This document shows positions 41,844 to 51,481 of a stretch of 64,000 nucleotides of DNA, one piece after another (positions within the stretch are counted from its first letter, which is position 1; each line of letters opens with the position of its first letter). Made by a program: the position numbers and the translations under genes. Location: NCBI GenBank assembly GCA_001029715.1, contig CP011212.1:67407-131406 (forward strand), written 5' to 3'. Under the pieces are notes generated by a model. The model was given only the letters and a program-made list of their open reading frames with translations, had not been told where the DNA came from and ran no database searches. The DNA is from a candidate division TM6 bacterium GW2011_GWF2_28_16. Its GTDB lineage: Bacteria > Patescibacteriota > Microgenomatia > UBA1400 > PJMF01.

Positions 41844-42746
41844 ATGAAAATTTCTGTTGTTATAGTTAGTAAAAATAGGAGTAATGATCTCACTCATTGC
41901 CTCGGTTCACTCCTATCTCAATCCATTGTTTTAGACCAGTTGATTTTAATCGATAATAACTCAACTGATAAAACAAAAGAAATTTTCTCTAACTTTGCTA
42001 AGAATAGCCAGATACCATGTAAATATGTTTTAGAAAAAAGAAAAGGATATCCTACCGTCTACAATCGAGGTTTAAAAGAAGCTAAAAACACTTGGGTGGC
42101 ATTTATTGATGATGATTGCGTAGCAGATGTTGATTGGTATGAGAGTATTAAAAAAGAACTTTTATCTCTAGATATAAATACTGAAATAGTAGCAATTTTA
42201 GGAAATTCTCAAACTTATTATAAAAATAATCTCTTTTCTCTTTTAACCCTCTTCAAAGATAAAATTTGGAAAGGATCTAAAATTAAGAAAAATAAGGTTT
42301 TAGATTTCGAAATCCTTGATAACAAAAACATTGTTTACAATAAAAACTTTTTAATTAAAAACAAGTTAAGCTTTGATGAATCTAGAGTAAGGTTTTTCAA
42401 TGGAGCTAGTGAAGATTGTGATTTAGGTATGCAAATATTTGAGAAAAAAGGCAAAGCAAAATATTTACCGGAAATGTTAGTTTTTCATAAGGATCCTCAT
42501 AGCTCTTTTCAGTTTTATAGAAAAATATATTTTTCAACTCTTGGTCATATCAAATATGAGGAAAAGTGGAGCAATTTTAGAAAAAACAACTTAGCAATTA
42601 ATCATGATTTTAATTTTTTTCGCTTCACAATGAGTTTTATGAATGAAAATAAGCTTTCATTTTTACAGAAAGTACTTTTTGCTGTTAACTTATTATTGAT
42701 GGCTTTTTTATTAAAAGGAATTAAATTTTATGTCAAAAGTTTTTAA
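41844..42746 (+). CDS. glycosyltransferase family 2 (copy B, mosaic paralog of 39773-40678)
   Basis: Carries the same GT2 motifs and shares two perfectly identical nucleotide blocks with copy A. Confidence 0.85.
   Translation: MKISVVIVSKNRSNDLTHCLGSLLSQSIVLDQLILIDNNSTDKTKEIFSNFAKNSQIPCKYVLEKRKGYPTVYNRGLKEAKNTWVAFIDDDCVADVDWYESIKKELLSLDINTEIVAILGNSQTYYKNNLFSLLTLFKDKIWKGSKIKKNKVLDFEILDNKNIVYNKNFLIKNKLSFDESRVRFFNGASEDCDLGMQIFEKKGKAKYLPEMLVFHKDPHSSFQFYRKIYFSTLGHIKYEEKWSNFRKNNLAINHDFNFFRFTMSFMNENKLSFLQKVLFAVNLLLMAFLLKGIKFYVKSF
41883..42139. repeat. 257-bp block identical to 39818-40074
   Basis: See the partner block. Confidence 0.9.
42302..42429. repeat. 128-bp block identical to 40234-40361
   Basis: See the partner block. 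Confidence 0.88.
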
Positions 42747-43713
42747 TAAAATTTTAGTAACAGGAGGAGCTGGTTTTATAGGTTCTCATCTTGTTACTCG
42801 TTTATTAAAAGATGGATATGAAGTTACATTAATAGATGACCTATCTAGGGGTAATATTAAATTTTTAGATTTTTTAAAAGAAAAACCAAAATTTTTAAAA
42901 ATGGATTTAAGCAAAGAGGAGGGTTTACTTAAAGTTTTTGAAGGGCATGATCTAGTTTTTAACTTAGCAGCTCTTAATACTGGGGTAGATTATGATGAAG
43001 GTAGAACTCAGCTCATGTTTGAAAATAATATGCTTTTACAAATGATTCCTCTTCGTGTGGCTGCCAAAACTAAATCAATAAAAAAGTTTATTCAAATTAG
43101 CTCAGCCTCAGTTTATTCTAGAGAAGTTATGAACAAGGTTCCATGTATCAAAGAAGAGTCAGACACTAATAATCCAGAGCCTTCAAAGCTGGGTTATGCC
43201 CTCGCCAAAAAAATGGGAGAAAATTTGGCTTCTTGGTATGCGTCTAACAGTAAGCTAGAAACAATTTCTGCAAGATTTATTAATGTTTTTGGAGAGAATG
43301 ACCACTATGATCAACTTGGGCATTTCATTCCTATGATGATTAGAAAAATTATTGAAGCAGAAAAAAAAGTTGAGGTTTTTGGTAGTGGTAATCAAAGCAG
43401 ATCTTTTGTTTACGTAGAAGACGTAGCTGATGCTCTTTTATTGCTTGCAAAAAAGGGCAAGAACGGAGAAATCTATAACGTAGATGCCAACCAGGAGAAA
43501 ACAGTTAAAGAAGTTGTTTCGATGATCAAAAAATATCTAAAAAAAGATTTACAAGTAAATTTTGATCTTAGCAAGCCAGAGGGTTCAAAAAGAAGAATGC
43601 TGGATAGTAGTAAGCTGAGAAGCTTGGGTTGGAAACCAAAGACATCTTTTGCTCTGGCTCTTAAAAAAACAATTAAAGATATTAATGAAAGAATAAAAAG
43701 TGAAAACTCTTAA
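42730..43713 (+). CDS. NAD-dependent nucleotide-sugar epimerase/dehydratase (SDR family)
   Basis: Shows ILVTGGAGFIGSHL (Rossmann fold) and YALAKKMGE (the YxxxK catalytic pair). Confidence 0.85.
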   Translation: MSKVFNKILVTGGAGFIGSHLVTRLLKDGYEVTLIDDLSRGNIKFLDFLKEKPKFLKMDLSKEEGLLKVFEGHDLVFNLAALNTGVDYDEGRTQLMFENNMLLQMIPLRVAAKTKSIKKFIQISSASVYSREVMNKVPCIKEESDTNNPEPSKLGYALAKKMGENLASWYASNSKLETISARFINVFGENDHYDQLGHFIPMMIRKIIEAEKKVEVFGSGNQSRSFVYVEDVADALLLLAKKGKNGEIYNVDANQEKTVKEVVSMIKKYLKKDLQVNFDLSKPEGSKRRMLDSSKLRSLGWKPKTSFALALKKTIKDINERIKSENS

Positions 43714-44422
43714 AATCTTTGACCAGAGAGTTGATTCTTTGTCTTTTAAAGAATGTTTTAAGCTAACTAAACTAGCGGTTTCTTCTAAAGAGAAGAAGCT
43801 GTTTTTTGCATTGAACATTCATATCTTAAATTTGCTTTCAAAAGACAAAACTTTTAAAAACAAACATAAAAAAATAGCAAGCGTTATATTTTCAGATGGT
43901 TTGCCACTCGTCATTTTGTCGAGATTAAAATCTGTCAGTAAGGAAAAAATTATAGAAAGAATTAGTGGAACAGATCTTGTTGAAAAAATTTTAGAGGATA
44001 AGTCATTAAAAGTTTTTATTTTGGGAAGTGATGAAAAAACCTTGGAAGTTTTACAGAAAAAGTATAAGAATATAACTGGTTTTTATTCTCCGCCTTACAG
44101 TAATAATTGGTCTAATAAAGAAAATTTAAAAATTATTGAAAAAATAAAAACTTCTAAAGCCAATGTTTTATTAATTGGAGTTGGCCCATTAAAACAAGAG
44201 AAATGGCTGTTAAAATATTTTGATCAAATAGAAAATTTATATGTTGGAATAGGTGTAGGGTCAGCTTTTGATATTCTTTCTGGAAAAACACCTCGAGCTC
44301 CAAAATTGTTTAGAAATTTTTCTTTAGAATGGTTGTGGAGATTGATTCTTGAACCAAGGCGCTTATTTAGACGTTATTTTGATGATTCTAAATTTTTATT
44401 CAAGCTTTTTTTCCATTATTAA
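43700..44422 (+). CDS. WecG/TagA/CpsF family glycosyltransferase (GT26)
   Basis: GTG start. Shows FSDGLPLV, ..GVGPLKQEKW.. and SLEWLWRLILEPRRLFRRY. Confidence 0.82.
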   Translation: MKTLKIFDQRVDSLSFKECFKLTKLAVSSKEKKLFFALNIHILNLLSKDKTFKNKHKKIASVIFSDGLPLVILSRLKSVSKEKIIERISGTDLVEKILEDKSLKVFILGSDEKTLEVLQKKYKNITGFYSPPYSNNWSNKENLKIIEKIKTSKANVLLIGVGPLKQEKWLLKYFDQIENLYVGIGVGSAFDILSGKTPRAPKLFRNFSLEWLWRLILEPRRLFRRYFDDSKFLFKLFFHY

Positions 44423-45868
44423 AAAGTTATCGTTTTCATATAAAAAATTAAAATTATTCTCTAGATCCAAATAGAAATCATCTTTGCTCTTTTGCCAAAC
44501 GATAATTCCAAACTGAAGATTGGGATTTAAAGCAACTTTTTCATAGTAATGATGAGAGCTTGTTTTTTCATCAGAAAAATTATTGTCTGTAAAATAAAAA
44601 AATGGTTGATCGAGCCAGAGATTATTTTTAGATGAATAAAAATATGAGGTTTTCTTATCAACTTTGTTTTGTTTGATTTTATTGAAATGATCAAGCAAGT
44701 CATACAAATCTTTTTTATTTAAGACAACATCTCTATTCATGTCTTTATAAATGATGGACATTTGTTGAAAGTTGAAAATAAAAATTGACCCTAAAGAAAA
44801 TAAAATAAAAATTAGGTAAATTCTTATCTTATATTCATTTTTCAACCAAGAAAAAATTGAGATGATGGAAGAAGAAACAAGTGGAAGAGAGAGAGCTATT
44901 GGAAGCAGTAAGTATCGATTTGCTTCCCACTCCATAGTTCCAAAATACACTTGTGCAACTAAAATAATGAAAAAATAGATTGCCAATCCCCAGGCTATTA
45001 TTTGGTTTTTTTTGTTTTGTTTTTTGCTTATGAGTAAATTAATAAGAAGGCTAACTATAAAAACATTGTTAACGTTTTGTTTTAGTTTTCTCCACCAAGC
45101 CATAAAGCTACTTGAGATATTGTAATAATTTCTGTTTGCGTATTTTTGTGCGGTGTCATTTTTTTCATTAAAGAAAAAGAGACTTTCTCCATAAATTAAA
45201 TAATTATTTATCATCCAGTAAATTGGAAAAGAAGTACTTAGTAGCAAATAAATAATTTTTTCTACAGAACTTATTTTTTTGTCCAGAACAATAAGAAGAT
45301 AAATAAATGGTAATACAAGCCAAGCTTCAAATCTGATTCCTTGAGAAATGTTTAGAAATAAAATCCCCAGTAGATAATTTGGCTTTTTTTTCAAAAAAAA
45401 GCAGAGAGCAGTGATAAAGAAAAAAATAAAAACAGGCTCTGAAAGAGTTTGAGCCGCCATGATAATTCTCATTGGCAACAATAAATAGAGAAGACTAGCT
45501 AAAATTGCAGTTTTTTTATCTTTATTGATTAAATAACTGTAGATAAATATAACTACGATACTGAGTAAATTTATTATAAGAGTAATTACTCTAGGAGAGA
45601 TATATGCTGTTTTTAAGTAAAAAGAACTGCTTAGAATGACGAAGTGTAGTGGCAACCATGTTCCAATGTATTTTTGATAAAGAACACCATCTTTATAGTT
45701 TGCAAAAGCAATGTTAAATCTTGCGTATGCATCTGGTTCAGCAATCATTGGATTTCTTAGATCTTCTAGTGATATAAAGAAAGCAATAATTATCAAAATA
45801 ACTAATGCAAAATAATATTTATCAGTCTTGTTTAGAACTTGTTTAATTTTTATGAAAAATTTACTCAT
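44396..45868 (-). CDS. polytopic membrane protein, GT-C-like glycosyltransferase
   Basis: 490 aa with more than 10 TM helices and an early loop with EPDAYARF. The family assignment is tentative. Confidence 0.45.
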   Translation of the reverse strand: MSKFFIKIKQVLNKTDKYYFALVILIIIAFFISLEDLRNPMIAEPDAYARFNIAFANYKDGVLYQKYIGTWLPLHFVILSSSFYLKTAYISPRVITLIINLLSIVVIFIYSYLINKDKKTAILASLLYLLLPMRIIMAAQTLSEPVFIFFFITALCFFLKKKPNYLLGILFLNISQGIRFEAWLVLPFIYLLIVLDKKISSVEKIIYLLLSTSFPIYWMINNYLIYGESLFFFNEKNDTAQKYANRNYYNISSSFMAWWRKLKQNVNNVFIVSLLINLLISKKQNKKNQIIAWGLAIYFFIILVAQVYFGTMEWEANRYLLLPIALSLPLVSSSIISIFSWLKNEYKIRIYLIFILFSLGSIFIFNFQQMSIIYKDMNRDVVLNKKDLYDLLDHFNKIKQNKVDKKTSYFYSSKNNLWLDQPFFYFTDNNFSDEKTSSHHYYEKVALNPNLQFGIIVWQKSKDDFYLDLENNFNFLYENDNFLIMEKKLE

Positions 45869-46730
45869 AGGATATGGATATTGGGGTAAAAAGATTGAAT
45901 CAGTGTTACTTAATTATGGTGAATTATGCATCTTTGACAAGAATAACAAAATTTCTCCATGCCTGTCTACAGCACTAGAAGACTTACTAGATGACAAACT
46001 AATTGAAAATTGTTTCATTGCTACTCCTGAAGATACCCATTTTGAATTAGTGAAAGAATGTCTTTTGAAAAATAAAAATGTTTTTGTAGAAAAACCATTA
46101 ACTTTAAAAGAATCTGAAGCTAAAAAATTGATTGATTTGGCAAAGAAAAAAAAGAAACTTCTTTTTATAGATTCTATTTTTTTATATGATCCATTTTTCA
46201 ATGAATTGAAAAAAATGGTACAGCTAGGAAAAATTGGAAATATAAATAAAATAGAATCAATTAGATTTAGTGTTGGATTTGATAAAAAAAATATCTCAGT
46301 CACCGATGACCTAGCAACGCATGATTTTTACATTTTTGAAAAACTTTTATCTCAAAAAATAAATCTGAAATCAATTAAAACAGATCTAAAAAATAATTTT
46401 CAGGAGGCTTTTGCTAATTATGAATCCGAAAATGGAGTTCAAATGGAATCCATTTATAGTTGGATCAGAAAAAATCCGCAAAGAAAAATGACTGTTTACG
46501 GAACAGAAGGAAAAATTATTTGGGACAAGAACTTTGATTATTTAAAAATAGAAAAAGCAACAGGTCTAGAAAAAAAATATATTAAGGAAGAGCTCAAGTC
46601 TCCTTTGGAAAAAATGATTGATGATTATTTTTCTTTACGCAGTAGCAAAGAAAAATTTCCAGATCTTCTTAGTCACCAAAGGTATGTTTGCATGCTAGAA
46701 TGTTTAAGAAATGAATGTACCCCTTTTTGA
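45852..46730 (+). CDS. Gfo/Idh/MocA family oxidoreductase (sugar dehydrogenase)
   Basis: Shows LLIGYGYWGKK (Rossmann fold) and ATPEDTHFELVKECLLKNKNVFVEKPL. ATG 45852 is preferred. Confidence 0.78.
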   Translation: MKNLLIGYGYWGKKIESVLLNYGELCIFDKNNKISPCLSTALEDLLDDKLIENCFIATPEDTHFELVKECLLKNKNVFVEKPLTLKESEAKKLIDLAKKKKKLLFIDSIFLYDPFFNELKKMVQLGKIGNINKIESIRFSVGFDKKNISVTDDLATHDFYIFEKLLSQKINLKSIKTDLKNNFQEAFANYESENGVQMESIYSWIRKNPQRKMTVYGTEGKIIWDKNFDYLKIEKATGLEKKYIKEELKSPLEKMIDDYFSLRSSKEKFPDLLSHQRYVCMLECLRNECTPF

Positions 46731-47835
46731 TCTTAAAAGACAAAACCAAAAATTAAAAAAAGAATTTCTCAAATCAATATCCATAGCAATTGATGAGAGT
46801 GAATTTGTCCACGGTGAAGCTATAAAAGAATTTGAAAAAAATTTTGCAAATTATTGCAATAGTAAATATTGTTTGGCTGTAAATTCTGGAACGACGGCTT
46901 TAATTCTCGCTCTTAAAGCAATAGGGGTTAGCAGTGGTGATGAGATTATTACCACTCCATGTACCTTTTCAGCAACATCAGATGCGGTCGTTTGGCTTAA
47001 TGCCAAACCAGTTTTTGTGGATGTTGATGAAAAAACAGGCAATATAGATCCCTCAAAAATAGAAGCTAGAGTTAACAAGAAAACAAAAGCAATCTTAGTT
47101 GTTCATTTGTATGGCATTCCTTGTGAGATGGATGAAATAAATAGAATAGCAAAAAAACATAAACTTAAAGTGGTAGAAGATGCTTCTCATGCTCATGGAT
47201 CTGAATATAAAGGTAGGAAGGTGGGAGGCTTAGCGGATATTTCTTGTTTTTCTGCTTATCCATCAAAAACATTAGGTTCTTTTGGTAATGCAGGGATGAT
47301 TGTTTCCAATAATAAAAAATTTATGGAAAAAGCTAGAGAGTTTGCTGACAATGGTGTTTTTGATCCGAAGAAAAAATATTTTCACAACCTTTGTGGAATT
47401 AATGGCTTAATCAATAATTTTCAGGCCATTTCATTGATATTAAAGTTAAAAGAAATTGATTCAGTTATAAATAAAAGGTTAAAAATAGCAAAAACTTATA
47501 ATCAGCAATTACAAGAGTTAGGTCTTAAGGGAATGTTCTGGGACGATAAAAAGATTAAGCCGTCTTTGTATGTTTATAGTTTTCAATATAAAGATAGAGA
47601 TAAATTAAGAGAATTTTTAACGAGCAGGGGTGTAGGCAACTCAGTTTACTATCCAATTCCTTTACATTTACAAAAATCGTTTTTACCTTTGTCTTATAAA
47701 AAAGGCGATTTTCCGATAGCAGAAAGATTTTTTAAACAAACAATTAGCCTGCCTTTGTATTCTGGTTTGTCAAAGAAAGAGGTAGACTATGTTCTCAGCT
47801 CTCTTGTAACTTTTTTTAAAAAACAATATCATTAA
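46711..47835 (+). CDS. DegT/DnrJ/EryC1/StrS family sugar aminotransferase (PLP-dependent)
   Basis: Shows AVNSGTTALILALKA, VEDASHAHGSEYKGRKVG and SAYPSKTLGSFGNAGM (PLP-Lys context). Confidence 0.88.
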   Translation: MNVPLFDLKRQNQKLKKEFLKSISIAIDESEFVHGEAIKEFEKNFANYCNSKYCLAVNSGTTALILALKAIGVSSGDEIITTPCTFSATSDAVVWLNAKPVFVDVDEKTGNIDPSKIEARVNKKTKAILVVHLYGIPCEMDEINRIAKKHKLKVVEDASHAHGSEYKGRKVGGLADISCFSAYPSKTLGSFGNAGMIVSNNKKFMEKAREFADNGVFDPKKKYFHNLCGINGLINNFQAISLILKLKEIDSVINKRLKIAKTYNQQLQELGLKGMFWDDKKIKPSLYVYSFQYKDRDKLREFLTSRGVGNSVYYPIPLHLQKSFLPLSYKKGDFPIAERFFKQTISLPLYSGLSKKEVDYVLSSLVTFFKKQYH

Positions 47836-47838
47836 CTT

Positions 47839-50139
47839 ATGATATTGGCTCTCGTTATTAGCCTGCTTTTCTTATTTTTAATTTTGCTTGGTGATAACCA
47901 ATTTGGAGCTTATGTTATTTTTATTGCATCTGGATTGTTGTTATTTCTCTCTCCAAAGCTCTTATCTAGGAAAAAAATAAGTATTTTTTTCTCTAGAAAA
48001 GATCTTGTATTTTTATTTTTATTAATTCTTATATTTTTAACGATTTCCAGCCTTAGCTTGATTTATACGATTAGTTTGCCACATTCAATCAATCGTTTAA
48101 TAACTTTAATTTTTTCATTTTTAATTTTCTTCTTCTTTCTATTTATAAAAGATAAGTATATTGAAAAAGAAAATCTTCTTTTAATGTTTAATTTGTTAAT
48201 TGTTTCACTTGGTTTGCTAGTTCTAATATTAACTATTTTCCCTGGAATTGGTGAATTTTTACCAGGGATGAATTTAATCTTTCTCAGTTATGGGCATAAT
48301 CATTTTGCAGCATTTTTATTATTGATTTTACCGCTATTTTATTGGCAATTATTAAGTCGCAAGAGCGGGTTTCATCTTTTTATTTTTATTTTTTCTTATT
48401 TTTTAATACTTATCAGTTTCGCTAGAGTAGTTATTCTATTAGCAGTAGTGGAATTTCTTCTTCTTTTGTTTGTTTCTAAAGATTCATTTATATCTTTAAA
48501 AGCTAGCTTTAAGAAAATAATTACTATTACAATTACTTTTCTTTCTTTCTTTCTATTATTAATGGCTATTTTTAGTTTTTCTAATTTGTTTAAGTTGAAT
48601 TCCGTGTGCAACTCCGATTTAAAAGTAATTTGTAAAGATATTTCTAACGAAGGTAGAAAAACATATTGGACGAATTCTATTCTTATATTTAAAGAAAACA
48701 TTATAAATGGAACTGGATTGAATACTTACTCTTTAGAAAATCAGAAATATATACACTATGGAGATACTGCGACGAGTTATCCTCATAATGAGTTTTTACA
48801 AATGTTTTCAGATCTTGGAATTGTAGGCGGGTTTTCTTTTTTGATCCTAATGTATTATCTTTTATATTTATCTTTTAAGATTATTAAAAAAACAGAAAAA
48901 AAATCAATAAATAGATTTTTATTTGTAGGATTAATTTTTACTTATCTAAATTCTTTTTTTGATTTCGATTGGCAATTTGTTTCAATATATTCATTAACAC
49001 TAATCTTTTTTTCTCTTATTTTAAGACAAGCTTTAAAAGATGATCTTTTGAGTAAAGAGAAGGTTAGCTTCAGTTACCTTTTTTCTAGTTTTTACTATTT
49101 TTTAAATATACCTTTATTTTTAGTTACTTTGCTTATAGTGAGCAGTAATCTTTTGGGTTTTTTTGGAAAAGATGATTTAGCTTTTAGAGTTTATCCTTAT
49201 TCTTTTTATCAAAAATTTGTGTTTTTAAAGAGTGAGCTTTTGTCTGGTAACGACAGAAAAAAACTGGAGAATCTTTACAGAAATGATCCATTTTTTTTGA
49301 TTCAAAGTTCTAGGTCGAAAACTTTTGAAGAAAAATTAAATTCTTATACAAAAGCATTTGAGAAATATCCTTTGTCTATTTCCACTAAAGATTTTTCATT
49401 ATTTATTGAAAACGAATGTTTGAATGAAGATAATTACATAAAATCAAAAGAACTTTTGTTTAGAATGGTTAATTTTATTGTTGAAGAACAGAATAAAGGA
49501 TTTCCAGTGTCCGACGATATAAAAAATGATGTGGGAAATTATTTAGTATCTTTAGGCAACATTGCTTATAAAGAAAGGAACTTGATTTATTTAGGAGAAA
49601 TATATCATGAATATTCTAGGATTTTTATCCAGTTCCCAAAAGGATATAATCCTTCGTTTTTATCCGATGAAGTTGAGTTGACACATGCATCTTTTTTATT
49701 TTCTATGGGAGAATTCAATCCTTTTTTGTTTAGAGATCAAACTGAGAAATTCATTGAATTTTACAGAAATACTGCGGAAGAACTTTTAGTTTATGGAAGG
49801 TCTGAAGAAGCATATGAACTATATTCAAGAATGTTGCCGATTTTTAGGAGAGAAGGTACCTGGTTTGGAGATATTTCAGATTTTGTCTTAAAAGAGACTT
49901 CATCAAAAGTAAAAAAGAAAAATGCTGATTTAGATCTCTATTTATCTAATTTTATGAATTTTTATTTTCAAAATGAAGATCTTTATTGGAATTATTTTTT
50001 TAAAAAAGAATTGTCTTTTGATCTTGTAAATTTAGCTAATGATGTTTATTTAGAAAATGAACCTTTAGCTCTTAAATATTATTCTTTTGCCCATACTTTA
50101 GATGAGTGGAGCCTTTTAGATAATGGAATCAACATTTAA
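47839..50139 (+). CDS. O-antigen ligase-like (Wzy_C) membrane protein with large C-terminal helical-repeat domain
   Basis: The N-terminal roughly 430 aa are polytopic and carry SYPHNEFLQMFSDLGIVGG (WaaL/Wzy motif). The C-terminal roughly 330 aa are soluble and look like TPR-type helical repeats. Confidence 0.65.
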   Translation: MILALVISLLFLFLILLGDNQFGAYVIFIASGLLLFLSPKLLSRKKISIFFSRKDLVFLFLLILIFLTISSLSLIYTISLPHSINRLITLIFSFLIFFFFLFIKDKYIEKENLLLMFNLLIVSLGLLVLILTIFPGIGEFLPGMNLIFLSYGHNHFAAFLLLILPLFYWQLLSRKSGFHLFIFIFSYFLILISFARVVILLAVVEFLLLLFVSKDSFISLKASFKKIITITITFLSFFLLLMAIFSFSNLFKLNSVCNSDLKVICKDISNEGRKTYWTNSILIFKENIINGTGLNTYSLENQKYIHYGDTATSYPHNEFLQMFSDLGIVGGFSFLILMYYLLYLSFKIIKKTEKKSINRFLFVGLIFTYLNSFFDFDWQFVSIYSLTLIFFSLILRQALKDDLLSKEKVSFSYLFSSFYYFLNIPLFLVTLLIVSSNLLGFFGKDDLAFRVYPYSFYQKFVFLKSELLSGNDRKKLENLYRNDPFFLIQSSRSKTFEEKLNSYTKAFEKYPLSISTKDFSLFIENECLNEDNYIKSKELLFRMVNFIVEEQNKGFPVSDDIKNDVGNYLVSLGNIAYKERNLIYLGEIYHEYSRIFIQFPKGYNPSFLSDEVELTHASFLFSMGEFNPFLFRDQTEKFIEFYRNTAEELLVYGRSEEAYELYSRMLPIFRREGTWFGDISDFVLKETSSKVKKKNADLDLYLSNFMNFYFQNEDLYWNYFFKKELSFDLVNLANDVYLENEPLALKYYSFAHTLDEWSLLDNGINI

Positions 50140-51431
50140 TTTTTTAATACCTCCACCCCAGGTAACTTCTCTCCACCCAAGAACTCCAAAGCAGCTCCTC
50201 CAGCAGTTGAGACATGGGTAAAACGGTCTCTCAGCCCACAAGCATTAATTAGAGCATTGGTTTCACCTCCACCGCAAACTGTGGTAGCTGGTGAGTCAGT
50301 AGTATTGTTAGCGATATTTTTAGCAAGAGCGCGACTGCCTTTGGCAAAAAGAGGATTTTCAAAAACACCCATTGGGCCATTAAAGAAAATCGTTCTAGCC
50401 TTAGAAAGTAAAAGTTTATATAAATCGGTAGTTTTTCTACCGATGTCTAAGTATTGCAAGTCTAAGTCATTTTCAGTGTCGGCGACATCTTTTAATAATT
50501 CCAGGTTTACAACTTCTTTTTCATTGCTGATATCTTGATTTTTAGCAGCCAGCACATCGATTGGCATAATCACTTTTGGTAGTGGCAAATTTTTACCATT
50601 TTCTTCGACGTTGATCATGGTTCTTTCTGTCTTGTGTTCATCAAGAATTTCTTTGGCAATTCTGACGTTTGCCTCAGCATTTTTACCCATAAAAGATTTG
50701 TGAACCTCAATACCATTAGCTTTTAAGAAAGCGTTGGCGATGCCACCACCTACCAAAACTAGGTCTGCCAGAGCAGAAAGATTTTTTACAGCTGAGACTT
50801 TATCATCAATTTTGGCTCCACCGAGTACAACGATGAAAGGGCGCTGAGCTTTTTCTAGAATTTTACTTAGGATTTTTATTTCTGCAGAAAGATCAAAGCC
50901 GGCAAAACTAGGTAATAACTTAGCCAAGCCAACTACAGAAGCATGGGCTCTGTGCGAAGCAGAAAAAGCTTCATTAATGAAAACTTCAGCACCAGTGTCT
51001 TTGATAATATTTTTAGCAAAATCAGGCTCATTGGCTTCTTCTTCTGGATGGAAACGTAAGTTTTCGAGTAGCAAGACTTCGCCTTTTTGTAATGAGAGAG
51101 TTTTTTGAGCAACTTCTTCACCAATGCAGTCATGGGCAAAAGTTGTATTCAAGCCTAAATTTTTATTTAAATAGCTAGCTACTGGACTAAGACTAAATTC
51201 TTTGCTTACTTTTCCATCTGGTCGGCCTAAGTGAGAAATTAAGATAATTTTGGCGCCATGCTCCTTCAAAAAAAGAATTGTCTCTAAAGCACTTCTAATG
51301 CGTTGATCGTCAGAGACTAGATACTTAAAATCTTCACCCTGAGCGACTTTTTTAAGAGGAACATTAAAGTCCACTCTAACTAATACTGTTTTGTCTTGGA
51401 TGTCTGAGACTTTAGGAGTGTGAATGATCAT
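50136..51431 (-). CDS. pgk: phosphoglycerate kinase
   Basis: Shows VLVRVDFNVPL, ILISHLGRP and the C-terminal STAGGAALEFLGG. ATG 51431 is preferred over TTG 51446. Confidence 0.93.
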   Translation of the reverse strand: MIIHTPKVSDIQDKTVLVRVDFNVPLKKVAQGEDFKYLVSDDQRIRSALETILFLKEHGAKIILISHLGRPDGKVSKEFSLSPVASYLNKNLGLNTTFAHDCIGEEVAQKTLSLQKGEVLLLENLRFHPEEEANEPDFAKNIIKDTGAEVFINEAFSASHRAHASVVGLAKLLPSFAGFDLSAEIKILSKILEKAQRPFIVVLGGAKIDDKVSAVKNLSALADLVLVGGGIANAFLKANGIEVHKSFMGKNAEANVRIAKEILDEHKTERTMINVEENGKNLPLPKVIMPIDVLAAKNQDISNEKEVVNLELLKDVADTENDLDLQYLDIGRKTTDLYKLLLSKARTIFFNGPMGVFENPLFAKGSRALAKNIANNTTDSPATTVCGGGETNALINACGLRDRFTHVSTAGGAALEFLGGEKLPGVEVLKN

Positions 51432-51481
51432 ATTGTTATGATACAATCTCGCAATCCAAAAAGAAAGGAAATATTTTTGCT

